Source of the DNA: Desulfatiglandales bacterium
GTDB lineage: Bacteria; Desulfobacterota; DSM-4660; Desulfatiglandales; Desulfatiglandaceae
Direction: 5' to 3'
DNA length: 64,000 nucleotides
Assembly: GCA_963666345.1 (NCBI GenBank)
Contig: OY762721.1
Coordinates: forward strand, 1,824,001-1,888,000
Positions 52,930 to 63,296 of this stretch are shown here, piece after piece. The stretch's first letter is position 1; each line of letters begins with the position of its first letter. The position numbers and the translations under genes were made by a program. The notes below the pieces were generated by a model. That model saw only the letters and a program-made list of their open reading frames with translations, was not told where the DNA came from and did no database searches.

Positions 52930-53890
52930 TTATATTCTCCAAGCCGGACCCCTTGGTCCTTGTAGCAATACTCAGCCAGATGACCAGCGAAAAGCCTGCA
53001 ACGGCCAGCAACAGGGCAAAGGTTACTTCCATGCTCCATTGAGAGGGAAGGAAATTATTCTGAATTGAATTGACCACATGACCCTTTTCATCCGAAATAG
53101 TCCTTACAGCACTTTTCCAGGGCCACACCTTTCTGAGAGAGCCTGTCATAAGGCCCGTCAAAAGGGCTACTATCAGGTCATGATGTCTTTTGAAACACCA
53201 CTTCAAAAGGCGCGAAAATGCCGCAAGACCCAGGGCCGCACCGGCTGCAACAATGAAAAGGCTTACAAAGTCACGGTTGTTAACCGCCTCCAGGACAAAA
53301 AGGTATTTGCCCAGAAGCACCAGTATAAAGGCCCCTGAGATCCCGGGGAGGATCATGGCGCATATGGCAACCGCCCCGCTTAAGAACAGAAACCATGGGG
53401 CGTCAGGGGTGGAGGCCGGAGCCATTCCAACCAGAAGGTATGTGATCAGGGCGCCCAAAGCCGCCCACACCATATTGACTGCCCTCCAGGCTTCCATATG
53501 GCGGCTTACCGTATAGACGGATGCCACTATAAGCCCGAAGAAAAAGGACCATATCATTACAGGCCTGTTCTCAAGAAGCCAGCTGAGCAGCCTTGCCATG
53601 CTGAATATTGCAAGCAGGATCCCCGTGCCCAGACAGGCCAGAAAGGCCATTGATACATGCTCAAATGCCTCCCTTATCCTGAGTGAAAAAATGAGGCTGA
53701 AAAAGTGAAGATCAAAGGAACTGACAGCCCTTATAAGCCTTTCATAGATGCCCATGATAAATGCCATGGTGCCCCCTGAGACACCTGGTATCACGTCGGC
53801 GGCACCCATGCAGAAACCCTTTAGGACAAAAACCATATATTCCTTCAGCAGACCGGCACCTCGTTTTTTGTTCATCAATACCTCATGCAA
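52922..53890 (-). CDS. DUF368 family membrane protein
   Basis: MGAADVIPGVSGGTMA and AMILPGISG repeats. Confidence 0.9.
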   Translation of the reverse strand: MHEVLMNKKRGAGLLKEYMVFVLKGFCMGAADVIPGVSGGTMAFIMGIYERLIRAVSSFDLHFFSLIFSLRIREAFEHVSMAFLACLGTGILLAIFSMARLLSWLLENRPVMIWSFFFGLIVASVYTVSRHMEAWRAVNMVWAALGALITYLLVGMAPASTPDAPWFLFLSGAVAICAMILPGISGAFILVLLGKYLFVLEAVNNRDFVSLFIVAAGAALGLAAFSRLLKWCFKRHHDLIVALLTGLMTGSLRKVWPWKSAVRTISDEKGHVVNSIQNNFLPSQWSMEVTFALLLAVAGFSLVIWLSIATRTKGSGLENINE

Positions 53891-53900
53891 AAAGCCGGTT

Positions 53901-55472
53901 TTATATTAAAGCCTGATGTTTTTTTCTCAAAAGATCGTTAACGGTCTTTACAGGATTAAATGTGGTGATAGGGACCTCTACAAAAACAGTATTCCAGAAG
54001 GCCATGGACCCGTTCCATAGGCCCGGCAGTTCAAGGGCCTTAAGTTCCCGCCCCCCCTTTGACTTTATTGAGATAAATACGGCATGGTCGTCCCTGTATT
54101 CTGCAAGATCAAAGGCTCTGCCCCTGTAATCGCGAAGCCCGCATACTATATCCACCGGGTTGAAATGGGTGGCCGATCTCAAAATCTTCTGCTGCCGGTC
54201 GCTTCCTGGGTCAACCTGGACCGATTCAACAATCTGAATCGAAGACCCGGCCTCATTTTCAACCCAGAACGGGCCGCCGCCCGGCTCCCCCTCGTTTCTT
54301 ACCATACCGCATACCCTTATCGGCCTGTTTAACCTGGAAAAAAGGAATTCATTTCTCTTTTTGAGCCCTGCATCATCAAGGTCTTCAGGCGGAACGATAT
54401 TAAGGCCTTCCCGGGCAAATTCAAAGATTTTTTCGATATCCTCTCTTTCGATATTCTCCCTTTCAAGCCTTTTTAGAAACTCAAAGGACTTTTGCTGCAG
54501 TTCCACAAGGAGCCCGCCAAGCACCTTTTTGTAAAGACAGGTCTCCTGCTTCAACCTGTCCGGCACGATATTGTCAATGTTCTTTAAAAAGACAATATCC
54601 CCGTCAAGTCTGTTAAGATTTCCAAGAAGCGCCCCATGCCCGCCCGGACGAAAAAGGATTCGCCCTTGATCGTCTCTGAAGGGCCTGTTTTCAAGATCAA
54701 CCGCAACCGTATCTGTGGAAGGATCCTGAAACGAAAGACCTGCATTTATTTTCCTCCCTTCCTTTTCATATATACTGCGGCTTCTTGCTATTTCATCAGC
54801 TACAAGCGCCTCATGTTCAGGCGAGACGGTAAAATGCAGCCTGCTGACTCCCCTTTTATCCGTGGCATATTCGAGTGCCTCCACGATATGCTCTTCTATG
54901 GGAGTCCTTGCCTGATTCCGGTAAAGATGAAAATCGATCAACCCCTTGGGCATACCGGCGTAGCTGAGCCCCTTTTCACTCAGGATATATTCAAGGATGA
55001 TTTTCCATTGGTTTTTCTGAATAAGCGCCTCAAGATCCAGACCATTTTCCCTCATCAGCCATTTAAGCCGGGGATAAAATGCAAACGAGCCGATATTGTC
55101 AGTAAACTCAATAAAATCCGCGCAATCGGAATCACCCTTAAGGGCGCAGGCCTCCATTCCCTTAATATCCAGCGCGTCCAATCTGTTGTACGCCGAATGG
55201 AGCACCTTAAACATCCTGCTTGCGGCTCCCGATGCAGGCACGAATTTGAGTACCCTTCCCTGTAATTGCGCCTTTATGTACGATCGGCTCAACCTTTCAA
55301 TCTCTGAACCGTCGAGCCTGATTATTCCGTCCCCTGTGGTGCAGGGTCTAAGGAGCCTGCAAAAAGGCGCCTCCCTTTTAAATGTCTCTATCTGTTTGAG
55401 GACATCTTCGGTTGAAATGCCTCTTTCCCGGATCTGCCTTAAATCACTTTCCGTGAGAATCCGTGCTGCCAT
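53901..55472 (-). CDS. DUF4301 family protein
   Basis: KFVPASGAASRMFK, FRPGGHGAL, GEPGGGPFW and ELPGLWNG. Confidence 0.9.
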   Translation of the reverse strand: MAARILTESDLRQIRERGISTEDVLKQIETFKREAPFCRLLRPCTTGDGIIRLDGSEIERLSRSYIKAQLQGRVLKFVPASGAASRMFKVLHSAYNRLDALDIKGMEACALKGDSDCADFIEFTDNIGSFAFYPRLKWLMRENGLDLEALIQKNQWKIILEYILSEKGLSYAGMPKGLIDFHLYRNQARTPIEEHIVEALEYATDKRGVSRLHFTVSPEHEALVADEIARSRSIYEKEGRKINAGLSFQDPSTDTVAVDLENRPFRDDQGRILFRPGGHGALLGNLNRLDGDIVFLKNIDNIVPDRLKQETCLYKKVLGGLLVELQQKSFEFLKRLERENIEREDIEKIFEFAREGLNIVPPEDLDDAGLKKRNEFLFSRLNRPIRVCGMVRNEGEPGGGPFWVENEAGSSIQIVESVQVDPGSDRQQKILRSATHFNPVDIVCGLRDYRGRAFDLAEYRDDHAVFISIKSKGGRELKALELPGLWNGSMAFWNTVFVEVPITTFNPVKTVNDLLRKKHQALI

Positions 55473-55595
55473 ATCTTCCAGGCCTCCATATTATCGTCCC
55501 GATTCCATGAGCTATTGCTTACAGGTTATCATATCTCATCTGTTTCTCAAAACTGTTCACTCCCCGGCCCATTTTTTTCATATCTCCTAATATTA

Positions 55596-55797
55596 ACGCG
55601 CAAGCGGAGGCGCAGGGACTCTTTCCGGAGGCCTTATCTCACAAAAAAATACCGCAGGCATATGCAGTGGCCGCATATAGGGTTTTCCTCCCGGGAGCCC
55701 TGTGAGATTAGGTACTGTTTACAAAAGCCCGTGGATGCGGTCACTTCTCCGTAAAAATTAGATAAGGCCGGAGAAAGAGCCCCGGTGCCTGAGCGTA
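55596..55797 (+). repeat. long-hairpin repeat, copy C
   Basis: Self-complementary arms. Aligns with copies B and D. Confidence 0.88.
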
Positions 55798-55901
55798 ACG
55801 AATGCAGATACGCGAAAAGAAAACAGGGGTTATCTGTTATTCGTTATACGGAGAAAAACCAAAAACACACCCCTGTCCTTTCTTTTATACCTTTGTTTGT
55901 T

Positions 55902-56103
55902 TACGCACAAGAGCAGGTGCCGGAGCTTTTTTTCCGGGCTTCTCTCACAAAAAAATACCACAGGAAGATGCAGTGACCGCAGACCGGGCTTTCTTCCCGG
56001 GTGCCCTATCAGTTAAGGTAACATCTGCAAAAGCCCAAGGATGCGGTCACTTCTCCGTAAAAAATAGAGAAGGCCGGAGAAAGAGCCCCGGCGCCTGAGC
56101 GTA
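55902..56103 (+). repeat. long-hairpin repeat, copy D (tandem with C)
   Basis: TACGC...GCGTA ends, a 32-bp outer stem and an inner stem GTGACCGCA/TGCGGTCAC. Confidence 0.88.
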
Positions 56104-56147
56104 CTACATAACAGACAGCGGGTGGATTTCTCCCCCTATAAAGACAA

Positions 56148-56186
56148 AAAAGGCAAGACCCTATCTTAGTTGAGGGACTTGCCTTT
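56148..56186 (-). terminator. Rho-independent terminator of the aminotransferase gene
   Basis: AAAAGGCAAG.CCCT...AGGG.CTTGCCTTTT with a T-tract on the minus strand. Confidence 0.75.
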
Positions 56187-56208
56187 TAAATCCGGGGGCT
56201 GATTCGCA

Positions 56209-57126
56209 CTATTTTAGAGGGAAAAGCCAGTCACTGAATCTCTTATCCCTTCCGCTCGTAATTTCAGCCATCTGGTCTAGAAGTTTTTTGCTCACTTCAC
56301 CAGGCACGTTTTCAAAAACCCTGTCCTCGATCTTCCTGACCGGAAGGATCTTGAAAGATGTTCCGGCGAAAAAGGCCTCTTCAGCCTCATAGATCAGCTC
56401 CGGCCTGAACCTGGCCTCAACCGTCTCTATGCCGAGTGATTCGGCTACCTTGGGCAATGACTTTCTGGTAATGCTTCTCAGAATAGTCCCGAGTGAGGGA
56501 GTAAGAAGCGCGCCGTCTTTTACAAAAAAGATCGACTCCGTTCCACCCTCCGCTATGAAGCCCTGCGTGTCGAGCATTATGGCCATGTCAAAGCCACGCT
56601 TCCTGGCCTCTATCCTTGCCATCATGCCGTTTATATAGTTTGCGGCAACCTTTGCCTCAGGCGGAACCGTCTGGGGATCCAGCTTCCGCCAGCTGGAAAT
56701 GGAGGCGGTGGTTCCTTCCTTCAAAGGATAGTTGTTTCCGCCCAGATCCTCCTCGGGGCTCATTACAAATACGGAAAGGCTGAGACTGCCCTCCGGAGGA
56801 AGGATCTCAAAGGCGACCTGGGGATAATACCCCATCATCTTTATCTGGCCATGGTCAAGGCCGTTTTTCTTTACCGTTTCAAGGACCGCAGCCATGATCT
56901 CATCCTTTGTCAGGTCGAGCTTCATCTCAAGCAATTTCGAACTCCTGATAAATCTATCCACGTGCTCGTCCAGTCTGTAAACACAAGGCCCTCTGTCCGT
57001 GTTATGGAACCCCAGCACCTCAAAAATACTTGAGCCGCGTGCAAAGCTGTGGCTCATTATGTGGACGGTAGACTCATTCCACCCTATAAATTCTCCATCC
57101 CTGTATACTATTCGATCTTCCAGCAT
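56209..57126 (-). CDS. class IV aminotransferase (branched-chain amino acid aminotransferase-like)
   Basis: FE...YRLDEH..R, AKVAANY (PLP lysine), EG..ESIF and L.SITR. Confidence 0.88.
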   Translation of the reverse strand: MLEDRIVYRDGEFIGWNESTVHIMSHSFARGSSIFEVLGFHNTDRGPCVYRLDEHVDRFIRSSKLLEMKLDLTKDEIMAAVLETVKKNGLDHGQIKMMGYYPQVAFEILPPEGSLSLSVFVMSPEEDLGGNNYPLKEGTTASISSWRKLDPQTVPPEAKVAANYINGMMARIEARKRGFDMAIMLDTQGFIAEGGTESIFFVKDGALLTPSLGTILRSITRKSLPKVAESLGIETVEARFRPELIYEAEEAFFAGTSFKILPVRKIEDRVFENVPGEVSKKLLDQMAEITSGRDKRFSDWLFPLK

Positions 57127-57414
57127 TATTGTAATCTCCTAAGAATCTTATTTTTAAAAATCAGGCAATTCATATATTATCAGTCCCTGATGCCAGGGGC
57201 CGTTCATGACCCATCCGCCTAAGTAAAAACCGGCCCAAAGGGCCAGGTTTTCCGTGACGGAACAATGCCATATCTTATACACAGGCTCAATATCAAGCGT
57301 CAAGCATCAAGTATGAAAAGCTCAAAGAAATAATTATCTTATATAAAAAATATGCTATAGGGTCCTCTTGCATATACATTCCGGACAAAACAATCCTGAA
57401 TCGGAGTTCTTTTC

Positions 57415-58329
57415 TTGAGAAAAACAGCACCAGGGGCATACCTGGCACTCATATCAGCAGTAGTAATCTGGGGGCTTTCCTTTGTCGCAACAAAGATGGC
57501 ACTTGAGTCCATCCCCACCTTTACACTCATATTCGCCCGTTTCGGCATCGGCGCGTGCCTCTTCATCGGCATTATGGCCAAAAGGGGGGTCCCCAGGCTT
57601 TCAAAGGGCGACAATCTGAGGATGTTCCTTACGGCCCTTTTCGAACCGGGTCTTTATTTCTTTTTTGAAACCGTAGGGCTTCAATACACAACAGCGGCAA
57701 AGGCATCGCTAATAATAGCGGCGATCCCGGTTGTGGTACTCATTCTGGGAAGGATTCTCATCAAGGAAAAGACCGGATTTTCATCCTTTATAGGCGTGGC
57801 AGTGTCGATTGCGGGGATCTCGATACTGGTGGCGGGAGACCCGAGGATCGCAAACGGCCTGGGAGGGGGACTGCTGGGTGACATGCTGATATTCGGAGCG
57901 GTACTGTCCGCCTCCCTTTACACGATCTCCGTGAGACATCTGGCCAAAAGACATTCCTCTTTTGAAATCACTACCATGCAGACTATTTACGGCGGCATTT
58001 TCTATGCGCCCGCCTTCCTGTGGGAACTGCCCGGCATTGAATTTTCCGCCATAAGCGGAAGATCGATAGGGGCGCTTGTCTATCTGACCCTGTTTGCAAC
58101 CATAATCGCATTTCTATGCTACAATCATGCCCTTTCAAAACTGACGGCGGCAAAGGCGGCTGTCTTTATTAACGGGGTCCCGGTAGTCACGGCGATCGGA
58201 GCATGGATAATACTGGGGGAAAGGCTCACCCTGATACAGGCGATGGGGGGCCTCCTGGTGCTTTTCGGTGTGTTTCTCACCAATTTCCAGGGAGTTCTCG
58301 GGAAAAACAGGAGAGCCACAAGTAACTAA
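57415..58329 (+). CDS. DMT/EamA family transporter
   Basis: 10 TM, IWGLSFVATK and duplicated EamA halves. Confidence 0.9.
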   Translation: MRKTAPGAYLALISAVVIWGLSFVATKMALESIPTFTLIFARFGIGACLFIGIMAKRGVPRLSKGDNLRMFLTALFEPGLYFFFETVGLQYTTAAKASLIIAAIPVVVLILGRILIKEKTGFSSFIGVAVSIAGISILVAGDPRIANGLGGGLLGDMLIFGAVLSASLYTISVRHLAKRHSSFEITTMQTIYGGIFYAPAFLWELPGIEFSAISGRSIGALVYLTLFATIIAFLCYNHALSKLTAAKAAVFINGVPVVTAIGAWIILGERLTLIQAMGGLLVLFGVFLTNFQGVLGKNRRATSN

Positions 58330-58377
58330 CGGATATCTCTCAAGAGTTGAGGATTAAACGAATAGCGTAACAAAAGG

Positions 58378-59106
58378 CTATTCAATCAGAGACACGGCAT
58401 CGCTGTCGAGGAGCCAGACCAGCTCTCCATCGGAAGGCCTTACTTTTAAGGCGGGAAGATCATGGCTATTAGGGCCGAAGAGTTTCTTTATGATACCTGC
58501 CTTGGATTTCCCTGACACCATAAAGGCCACCTTTTTCGCCCTGTTTATTACAGGAAGGGTCAGGGTGATGCGATCAAGGGGAGGTTCTCCTCCGGTCAGT
58601 GCCGCTGCCGGTCGCTCTTTTTCATCCAGCACGTCATGTCCCGGGAAAAGCGAGGCTGTATGCCCGTCTTCTCCGATGCCCAGAAAGATAAGGTCAAAGA
58701 CGGGGATCTGACCTTCACTGAGGCTGAAAAAATCGATGAGGAACTCCCCGTATTCCCTGGCCCCTGTTTCAGGGTCCATCTCACCAGGCATCGGGTGGAC
58801 ATTTCCGGGTCTTACAGGTGCCTTATCGAGAAAATCCCTTTTCGCATTTCCGTAGTTGCTTTGCCTGTTTTGTATCGGCACGCAGCGTTCATCCACCCAG
58901 AAGAAATCCGTCTTATCCCACGGCATTTCAGACAGGAAGGGTTCTTTTGAAAGGAGGCCGTGCATCGGCCTGGGGGTCTTACCCCCTGAAAGGGCTATCG
59001 AAAAGCCGCCTTTGAGCGATGCACACCTTTCGGCCTCTGAAACGATCAGTTCCGACCCTGTTGCGGCAAGCTCCTTTTCGCTATCGACAATAATCCTTGT
59101 TACCAA
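58378..59106 (-). CDS. pgl: 6-phosphogluconolactonase
   Basis: ALSGGKTP, DERCV, LGIGEDGHTASLFP and RITLT. Confidence 0.95.
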   Translation of the reverse strand: MVTRIIVDSEKELAATGSELIVSEAERCASLKGGFSIALSGGKTPRPMHGLLSKEPFLSEMPWDKTDFFWVDERCVPIQNRQSNYGNAKRDFLDKAPVRPGNVHPMPGEMDPETGAREYGEFLIDFFSLSEGQIPVFDLIFLGIGEDGHTASLFPGHDVLDEKERPAAALTGGEPPLDRITLTLPVINRAKKVAFMVSGKSKAGIIKKLFGPNSHDLPALKVRPSDGELVWLLDSDAVSLIE

Positions 59107-59130
59107 CCTTCACCCCCCCGCTGCCTGAGA

Positions 59131-60693
59131 TTATCGTCTTAAAGGCATTATCGTATCAGCCTCTTCAGGGCCCCATGAACCGGCAGGATAAAACATGAGG
59201 TTCTCGGCCCTGTCGCCGCAGGTCTCGCAACTCTCCAGTATGGGTGTAAGAAAGGACCAGCAGAGATTGACGCCGTCCTGACGCCAGAAAAGCATCTGGT
59301 CCCCCAGCATGCAGTCGACCAGCACCTTTTCGTATGCATCCAGCATCGGCCCCTTGTAGTCCCGGTTGTATTGGAAATCCATGGTAACCGATCTCAGGCA
59401 CACCTTTGCCCCCGGCTGTTTTGTCTGAAACGTGAGAGAGATCTTCTCCTCCGGATATATCCCCAGGATCAGCCTGTTGGCGGCTATTTCAACCCCTACT
59501 ATGGACCTGAACATCGAATGGGGGACCTCCCTGAAGTCTATGGCGATCTGCGTCAGTTTTCTTTTAAGCCTCTTGCCCGATTCAAGATAAAACGGCACCC
59601 CCTGCCAGCGCCAGTTATCGATAAACACCCTCATCACGGCATATGTGGGTATAAGGGAAGAGCCGCTTACCCTCTCTTCACTCCGGTAAGACGGGACCTT
59701 GGCTCCTTCGAGGTCTCCCTCCTCATACTGGCCCAGCACCAGGTGTTCACGCAGGTTATCAACCGGAAACGGTCTCAGGGCCCTGTAGACCCTCACCTTT
59801 TCATCCCTCACCAGGTCCGCCTCAAAGCGCGAAGGGGGGTCCATGGCGGTAAGGGAGAGAAGCTGCATCATATGGTTCTGAAACATGTCGCGCAGGACCC
59901 CTGCATGCTCGTAATAACCGGCCCTGTGCTCAACCCCGAGGGTCTCTGCCGCCGTGATACTTACCGATTCGATATATCTCCTGTTCCAGACCGGTTCGAA
60001 TATGGCGTTTGCAAAGCGGAACATGAGTATATTCTGGACCGTCTCCTTTGCCAGGTAATGGTCTATCCTGAATATCTGGTGTTCCAGGAAATTTTCATGA
60101 AGGGCACTGTCAAGGGCAAGTGCGGTTTCAAGGTCACGGCCGAAAGGCTTTTCCACCACTATCCTTGACCATCCGTTAAAATCGCCCTGTTCCCTTGAAA
60201 GATCCGCCCTGCCGAGCATCCGGGCAACCTCCTGATAGAGTATGGGAGGAATGGCAAGATAAAACATTCGATTTCCCGCGGTACTGCCCTCTAGGTCAAG
60301 CCTTTTAAGCCTTGCCGAAAGCACTTCAAAGGAATCCGGGTCCCCATAGACAAGGGGACAGTAAAAAAGGCGGGAGGAAAAGGAATCCCACTCTGAAAGA
60401 TCAAGCCCGGCATGTCCTGACATGGCCAGCCTCATCCTGTCCCTGAATGATTCATCGGTCATCTCCGTGCGGCTTGCGCCCACCACCAGAAAGGGGGAGG
60501 AAAAGGCGCCTTTAAGATAGAGATTATAAAGCGCCGGCATGATTTTTCTCGCGGCAAGGTCTCCTGAGGCACCGATGATTACAATCATACATGGATCAAG
60601 TGCGCCTTCGATCATGCAGGAGCCTAAATTATAATCCGAATCAGGCGTGTCAAACGTAACAAGGGTATCCGGTTTTTTATCATCCATAATCAT
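59131..60693 (-). CDS. zwf: glucose-6-phosphate 1-dehydrogenase
   Basis: [21 protein letters not shown] and RDMFQNH. Confidence 0.97.
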   Translation of the reverse strand: MIMDDKKPDTLVTFDTPDSDYNLGSCMIEGALDPCMIVIIGASGDLAARKIMPALYNLYLKGAFSSPFLVVGASRTEMTDESFRDRMRLAMSGHAGLDLSEWDSFSSRLFYCPLVYGDPDSFEVLSARLKRLDLEGSTAGNRMFYLAIPPILYQEVARMLGRADLSREQGDFNGWSRIVVEKPFGRDLETALALDSALHENFLEHQIFRIDHYLAKETVQNILMFRFANAIFEPVWNRRYIESVSITAAETLGVEHRAGYYEHAGVLRDMFQNHMMQLLSLTAMDPPSRFEADLVRDEKVRVYRALRPFPVDNLREHLVLGQYEEGDLEGAKVPSYRSEERVSGSSLIPTYAVMRVFIDNWRWQGVPFYLESGKRLKRKLTQIAIDFREVPHSMFRSIVGVEIAANRLILGIYPEEKISLTFQTKQPGAKVCLRSVTMDFQYNRDYKGPMLDAYEKVLVDCMLGDQMLFWRQDGVNLCWSFLTPILESCETCGDRAENLMFYPAGSWGPEEADTIMPLRR

Positions 60694-61598
60694 TTCACCT
60701 TTTCCTTTACGGCATGACCGCCGAATTCGCGGCGCAGGGCCGCCACAAACCTGTCCGAGAAGCTGTCCCGTGTCTGAGATTCAAACCGGCGCATAAGGGA
60801 AAGAGTGGTAACAGGGGCCGATACCCCGCTTTCCACCGCATGCTGAACCGTCCACCTGCCCTCGCCTGAATCCTCGATATAACCCTTTATATCGTCAAGC
60901 TTATCCCCCCCGGCAAATGCATCCTCTGCAAGCTCAAGCAGCCAGGAACGGATCACGCTTCCCTGATTCCAGAGATGTGATATCTCCCTGTAGTTGAAAG
61001 AACCGGAATAGGGAGATGCCTCAAGCAGCTCGAATCCCTCTCCGTATGCCTGCATCATACCGTATTCTATGCCGTTATGAATCATCTTTACGAAATGGCC
61101 CGCACCTGCAGCCCCGCAGTGGAGAAAACCGCCTTCAGGAGCGAGGGTCTCAAATACAGGCTCAAGATATCCGAAGGTCTCCTTGTCTCCTCCCAGCATG
61201 AGACAGTATCCGTTCTTGAGTCCCCGGATACCCCCGCTTACCCCGGCATCCATGTATCTTATGCCTCTTTTCTCAAGTGTCTCGCTCCTTTTTATGTCAT
61301 CCCTGTAAAAGGAATTTCCCCCTTCGATTATAATATCACCTTTTGAAATAAGAGGTAAAAGCCGATCAATATGATCATCCACCGGAGGGCCTGCGGGAAG
61401 CATAATCCATATGATACGAGGCTGATCCAGTTTTTCGACGACCTCTTCAAGGCTGTATGCCCCTAAGGCTCCTTCCCGGCTCAAAAGGTCCACCTTATCC
61501 CTGCTCCTGTTATACGCCACCACCCGGTGCCCCCCATTGATAAGGCGCCTTGCCATATTCATACCCATACGGCCCAGTCCTACCATGGCTAATCTCAT
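60690..61598 (-). CDS. gnd: 6-phosphogluconate dehydrogenase (decarboxylating, short form)
   Basis: [29 protein letters not shown] and FGGH. Confidence 0.96.
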   Translation of the reverse strand: MRLAMVGLGRMGMNMARRLINGGHRVVAYNRSRDKVDLLSREGALGAYSLEEVVEKLDQPRIIWIMLPAGPPVDDHIDRLLPLISKGDIIIEGGNSFYRDDIKRSETLEKRGIRYMDAGVSGGIRGLKNGYCLMLGGDKETFGYLEPVFETLAPEGGFLHCGAAGAGHFVKMIHNGIEYGMMQAYGEGFELLEASPYSGSFNYREISHLWNQGSVIRSWLLELAEDAFAGGDKLDDIKGYIEDSGEGRWTVQHAVESGVSAPVTTLSLMRRFESQTRDSFSDRFVAALRREFGGHAVKEKVK

Positions 61599-61631
61599 AA
61601 AAAACCTCCAATGATTAAGACAACTACCGGT

Positions 61632-61670
61632 TAGTTCTCATCCGTGGTTGCATTTCCGGATGGGAATCTA
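61632..61670. repeat. 39-bp minimal member of the TAG..CATCC/GGATG..CTA family
   Basis: TAGTTCTCATCCG-...-CGGATGGGAATCTA, abutting the 158-bp copy. Confidence 0.7.
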
Positions 61671-61672
61671 AT

Positions 61673-61830
61673 TAGTTTCCATCCAGAAATGAATCATTTC
61701 TGGATGTTGCCTTCAGCCGTCAGCTATCAGTAAGTAGCCAACAAATTGATATCTCAAGTGTTTTACTGACTGCTGAGAGCTGATTGCTGATATCATGAGC
61801 CCGTAAATCTTGATTTATGGATGAGCACTA
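61673..61830. repeat. 158-bp MITE/RIP-like element, copy 2
   Basis: Same length and orientation as 47370-47527. Confidence 0.85.
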
Positions 61831-63282
61831 ATTAGGGGTGCACGCCCTTCCCTTTAGGTGAAAAAAGAACTTCAGCCCCTTTTTGACCGTATCAGAAAAA
61901 ATCCTTGGTGAAAAATAGGTCCCTGCCACCCGCTTGTTTATCTCTCCCAGCGTGGGATAAGGATGAACGGCGGAGGCCAGAGTCGAAAGCTTTACCCTGC
62001 CGTTTAAGACCGCGACCCACTCGCTCAAAAGCTCGCCTGCATGGGGACCCGCGATCTGGACTCCGATCGGTTTTTCCCTTGAATCCAGCAGCATCTTAAT
62101 CCTGCCTGCCCCCTCCCCTTCTGCAAGGCCCCTGTCATTGTCTTTGAATTCCTCTATATACAACTTGAAATCTATTCCCGCGGCCTTTGCAACCTTTTCA
62201 TTCATCCCGATGCTCGCCAGCTCCGGCTCGGTATAGGTGCACCAGGGGAGGAAGGTATAATCCGCCTTTCTCGGAAGACGAAACAGGGCGTTACTCAAAA
62301 CGATTGCCCCTTCATAACCTGCCGCATGTGTAAACTGATACCTGCCCGTGACATCTCCTGCCGCATATATATGTTTACGCGAGGTTTTCATGCGGGCATC
62401 CGTTGATATGCCTTTTTCATCACATTCAACACCGATCGCTTCAAGATTGAGCCCCTCGGTATTAGCCTTTCTTCCAAGGGCCACAAGGAGAGTTTCCGCC
62501 TTGATCGACACCTCTTTTCCCTCTGAGGTATCGATTCTAACGACCCTGGCATTTCCCTTATCCTCTGCGGACACGACCCTGGAGTTAAGGTAAAATTTGA
62601 CCCCTTCGGAACTCAAGGTCTCCATGACCAGGTCCGCCATGTCTTTATCCTCCCTGCTCAGGATCTGCCCGCTTCGCTGAACCACCGTGACAACTGTACC
62701 CAGACGGCGGAAGGCCTGGGCCATTTCAACGGCTAGCGGCCCGGCCCCCAGGATTATCATCGATTCAGGAAGGGACCTAAGAGAAAAAAGCTCCCTGTTG
62801 GTGATAAATGTTGATCCTTCAAGACCGGGTATATCGGGTATGCCTGCAGAGGACCCTGTTGCTATGACCCAGTTTCTGGCGGAAAAAGTCCCTGCTCCGA
62901 GATCTATTGTATGAGAATCGATAAATCCCGGTTCACCGAATTCCACTCTTGCGCCCAGAGAGCAGAAGCGTTCCTCGGAATCATAAGCCTGAATGGTATT
63001 TATCACGGATTGAATCCTTGCCGCCACCTTGCTGAAATCAACAGGGGGGATATCGACCTTGGGCAGTCCATGGTCTTTATGTCTTTTCATGAGATGATAG
63101 ACATGGGCCGACCTTATAAGGGTCTTGCTCGGAACGCACCCGAAGTGCAGGCAGTCACCACCGAGAGATTCCTCCTTTTCTATCAAAAGGGTTCTTGCTC
63201 CAAGCTGGGCCGCCCCGGATGCAACGGTGAGGCCCGCGGCCCCTCCTCCTATTATACCTATATCAAAATCATAATCCGGCAT
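61828..63282 (-). CDS. flavin disulfide reductase (LpdA/MerA-like pyridine nucleotide-disulfide oxidoreductase)
   Basis: GGGAAG, GGDCLHFGCVPSK redox disulfide and HPYPT. Start set at ATG 63282 behind GGAGG. Confidence 0.9.
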   Translation of the reverse strand: MPDYDFDIGIIGGGAAGLTVASGAAQLGARTLLIEKEESLGGDCLHFGCVPSKTLIRSAHVYHLMKRHKDHGLPKVDIPPVDFSKVAARIQSVINTIQAYDSEERFCSLGARVEFGEPGFIDSHTIDLGAGTFSARNWVIATGSSAGIPDIPGLEGSTFITNRELFSLRSLPESMIILGAGPLAVEMAQAFRRLGTVVTVVQRSGQILSREDKDMADLVMETLSSEGVKFYLNSRVVSAEDKGNARVVRIDTSEGKEVSIKAETLLVALGRKANTEGLNLEAIGVECDEKGISTDARMKTSRKHIYAAGDVTGRYQFTHAAGYEGAIVLSNALFRLPRKADYTFLPWCTYTEPELASIGMNEKVAKAAGIDFKLYIEEFKDNDRGLAEGEGAGRIKMLLDSREKPIGVQIAGPHAGELLSEWVAVLNGRVKLSTLASAVHPYPTLGEINKRVAGTYFSPRIFSDTVKKGLKFFFHLKGRACTPN

Positions 63283-63296
63283 GATATCCTCCCCTT

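Noticed and set aside
51668..56098. Short ORFs 51668-51874, 55515-55754, 55785-55976, 55802-56098 (also 47269-47487)
   Set aside because: They are translations of repeat elements, with frames and stops not conserved between copies.
55596..56103. CRISPR array
   Set aside because: Units are about 200 bp, not 25-45-bp repeats with regular spacers, and no cas genes are present.
61828..63282. True mercuric reductase merA
   Set aside because: No C-terminal Cys-Cys pair, no N-terminal HMA domain and no mer genes nearby.
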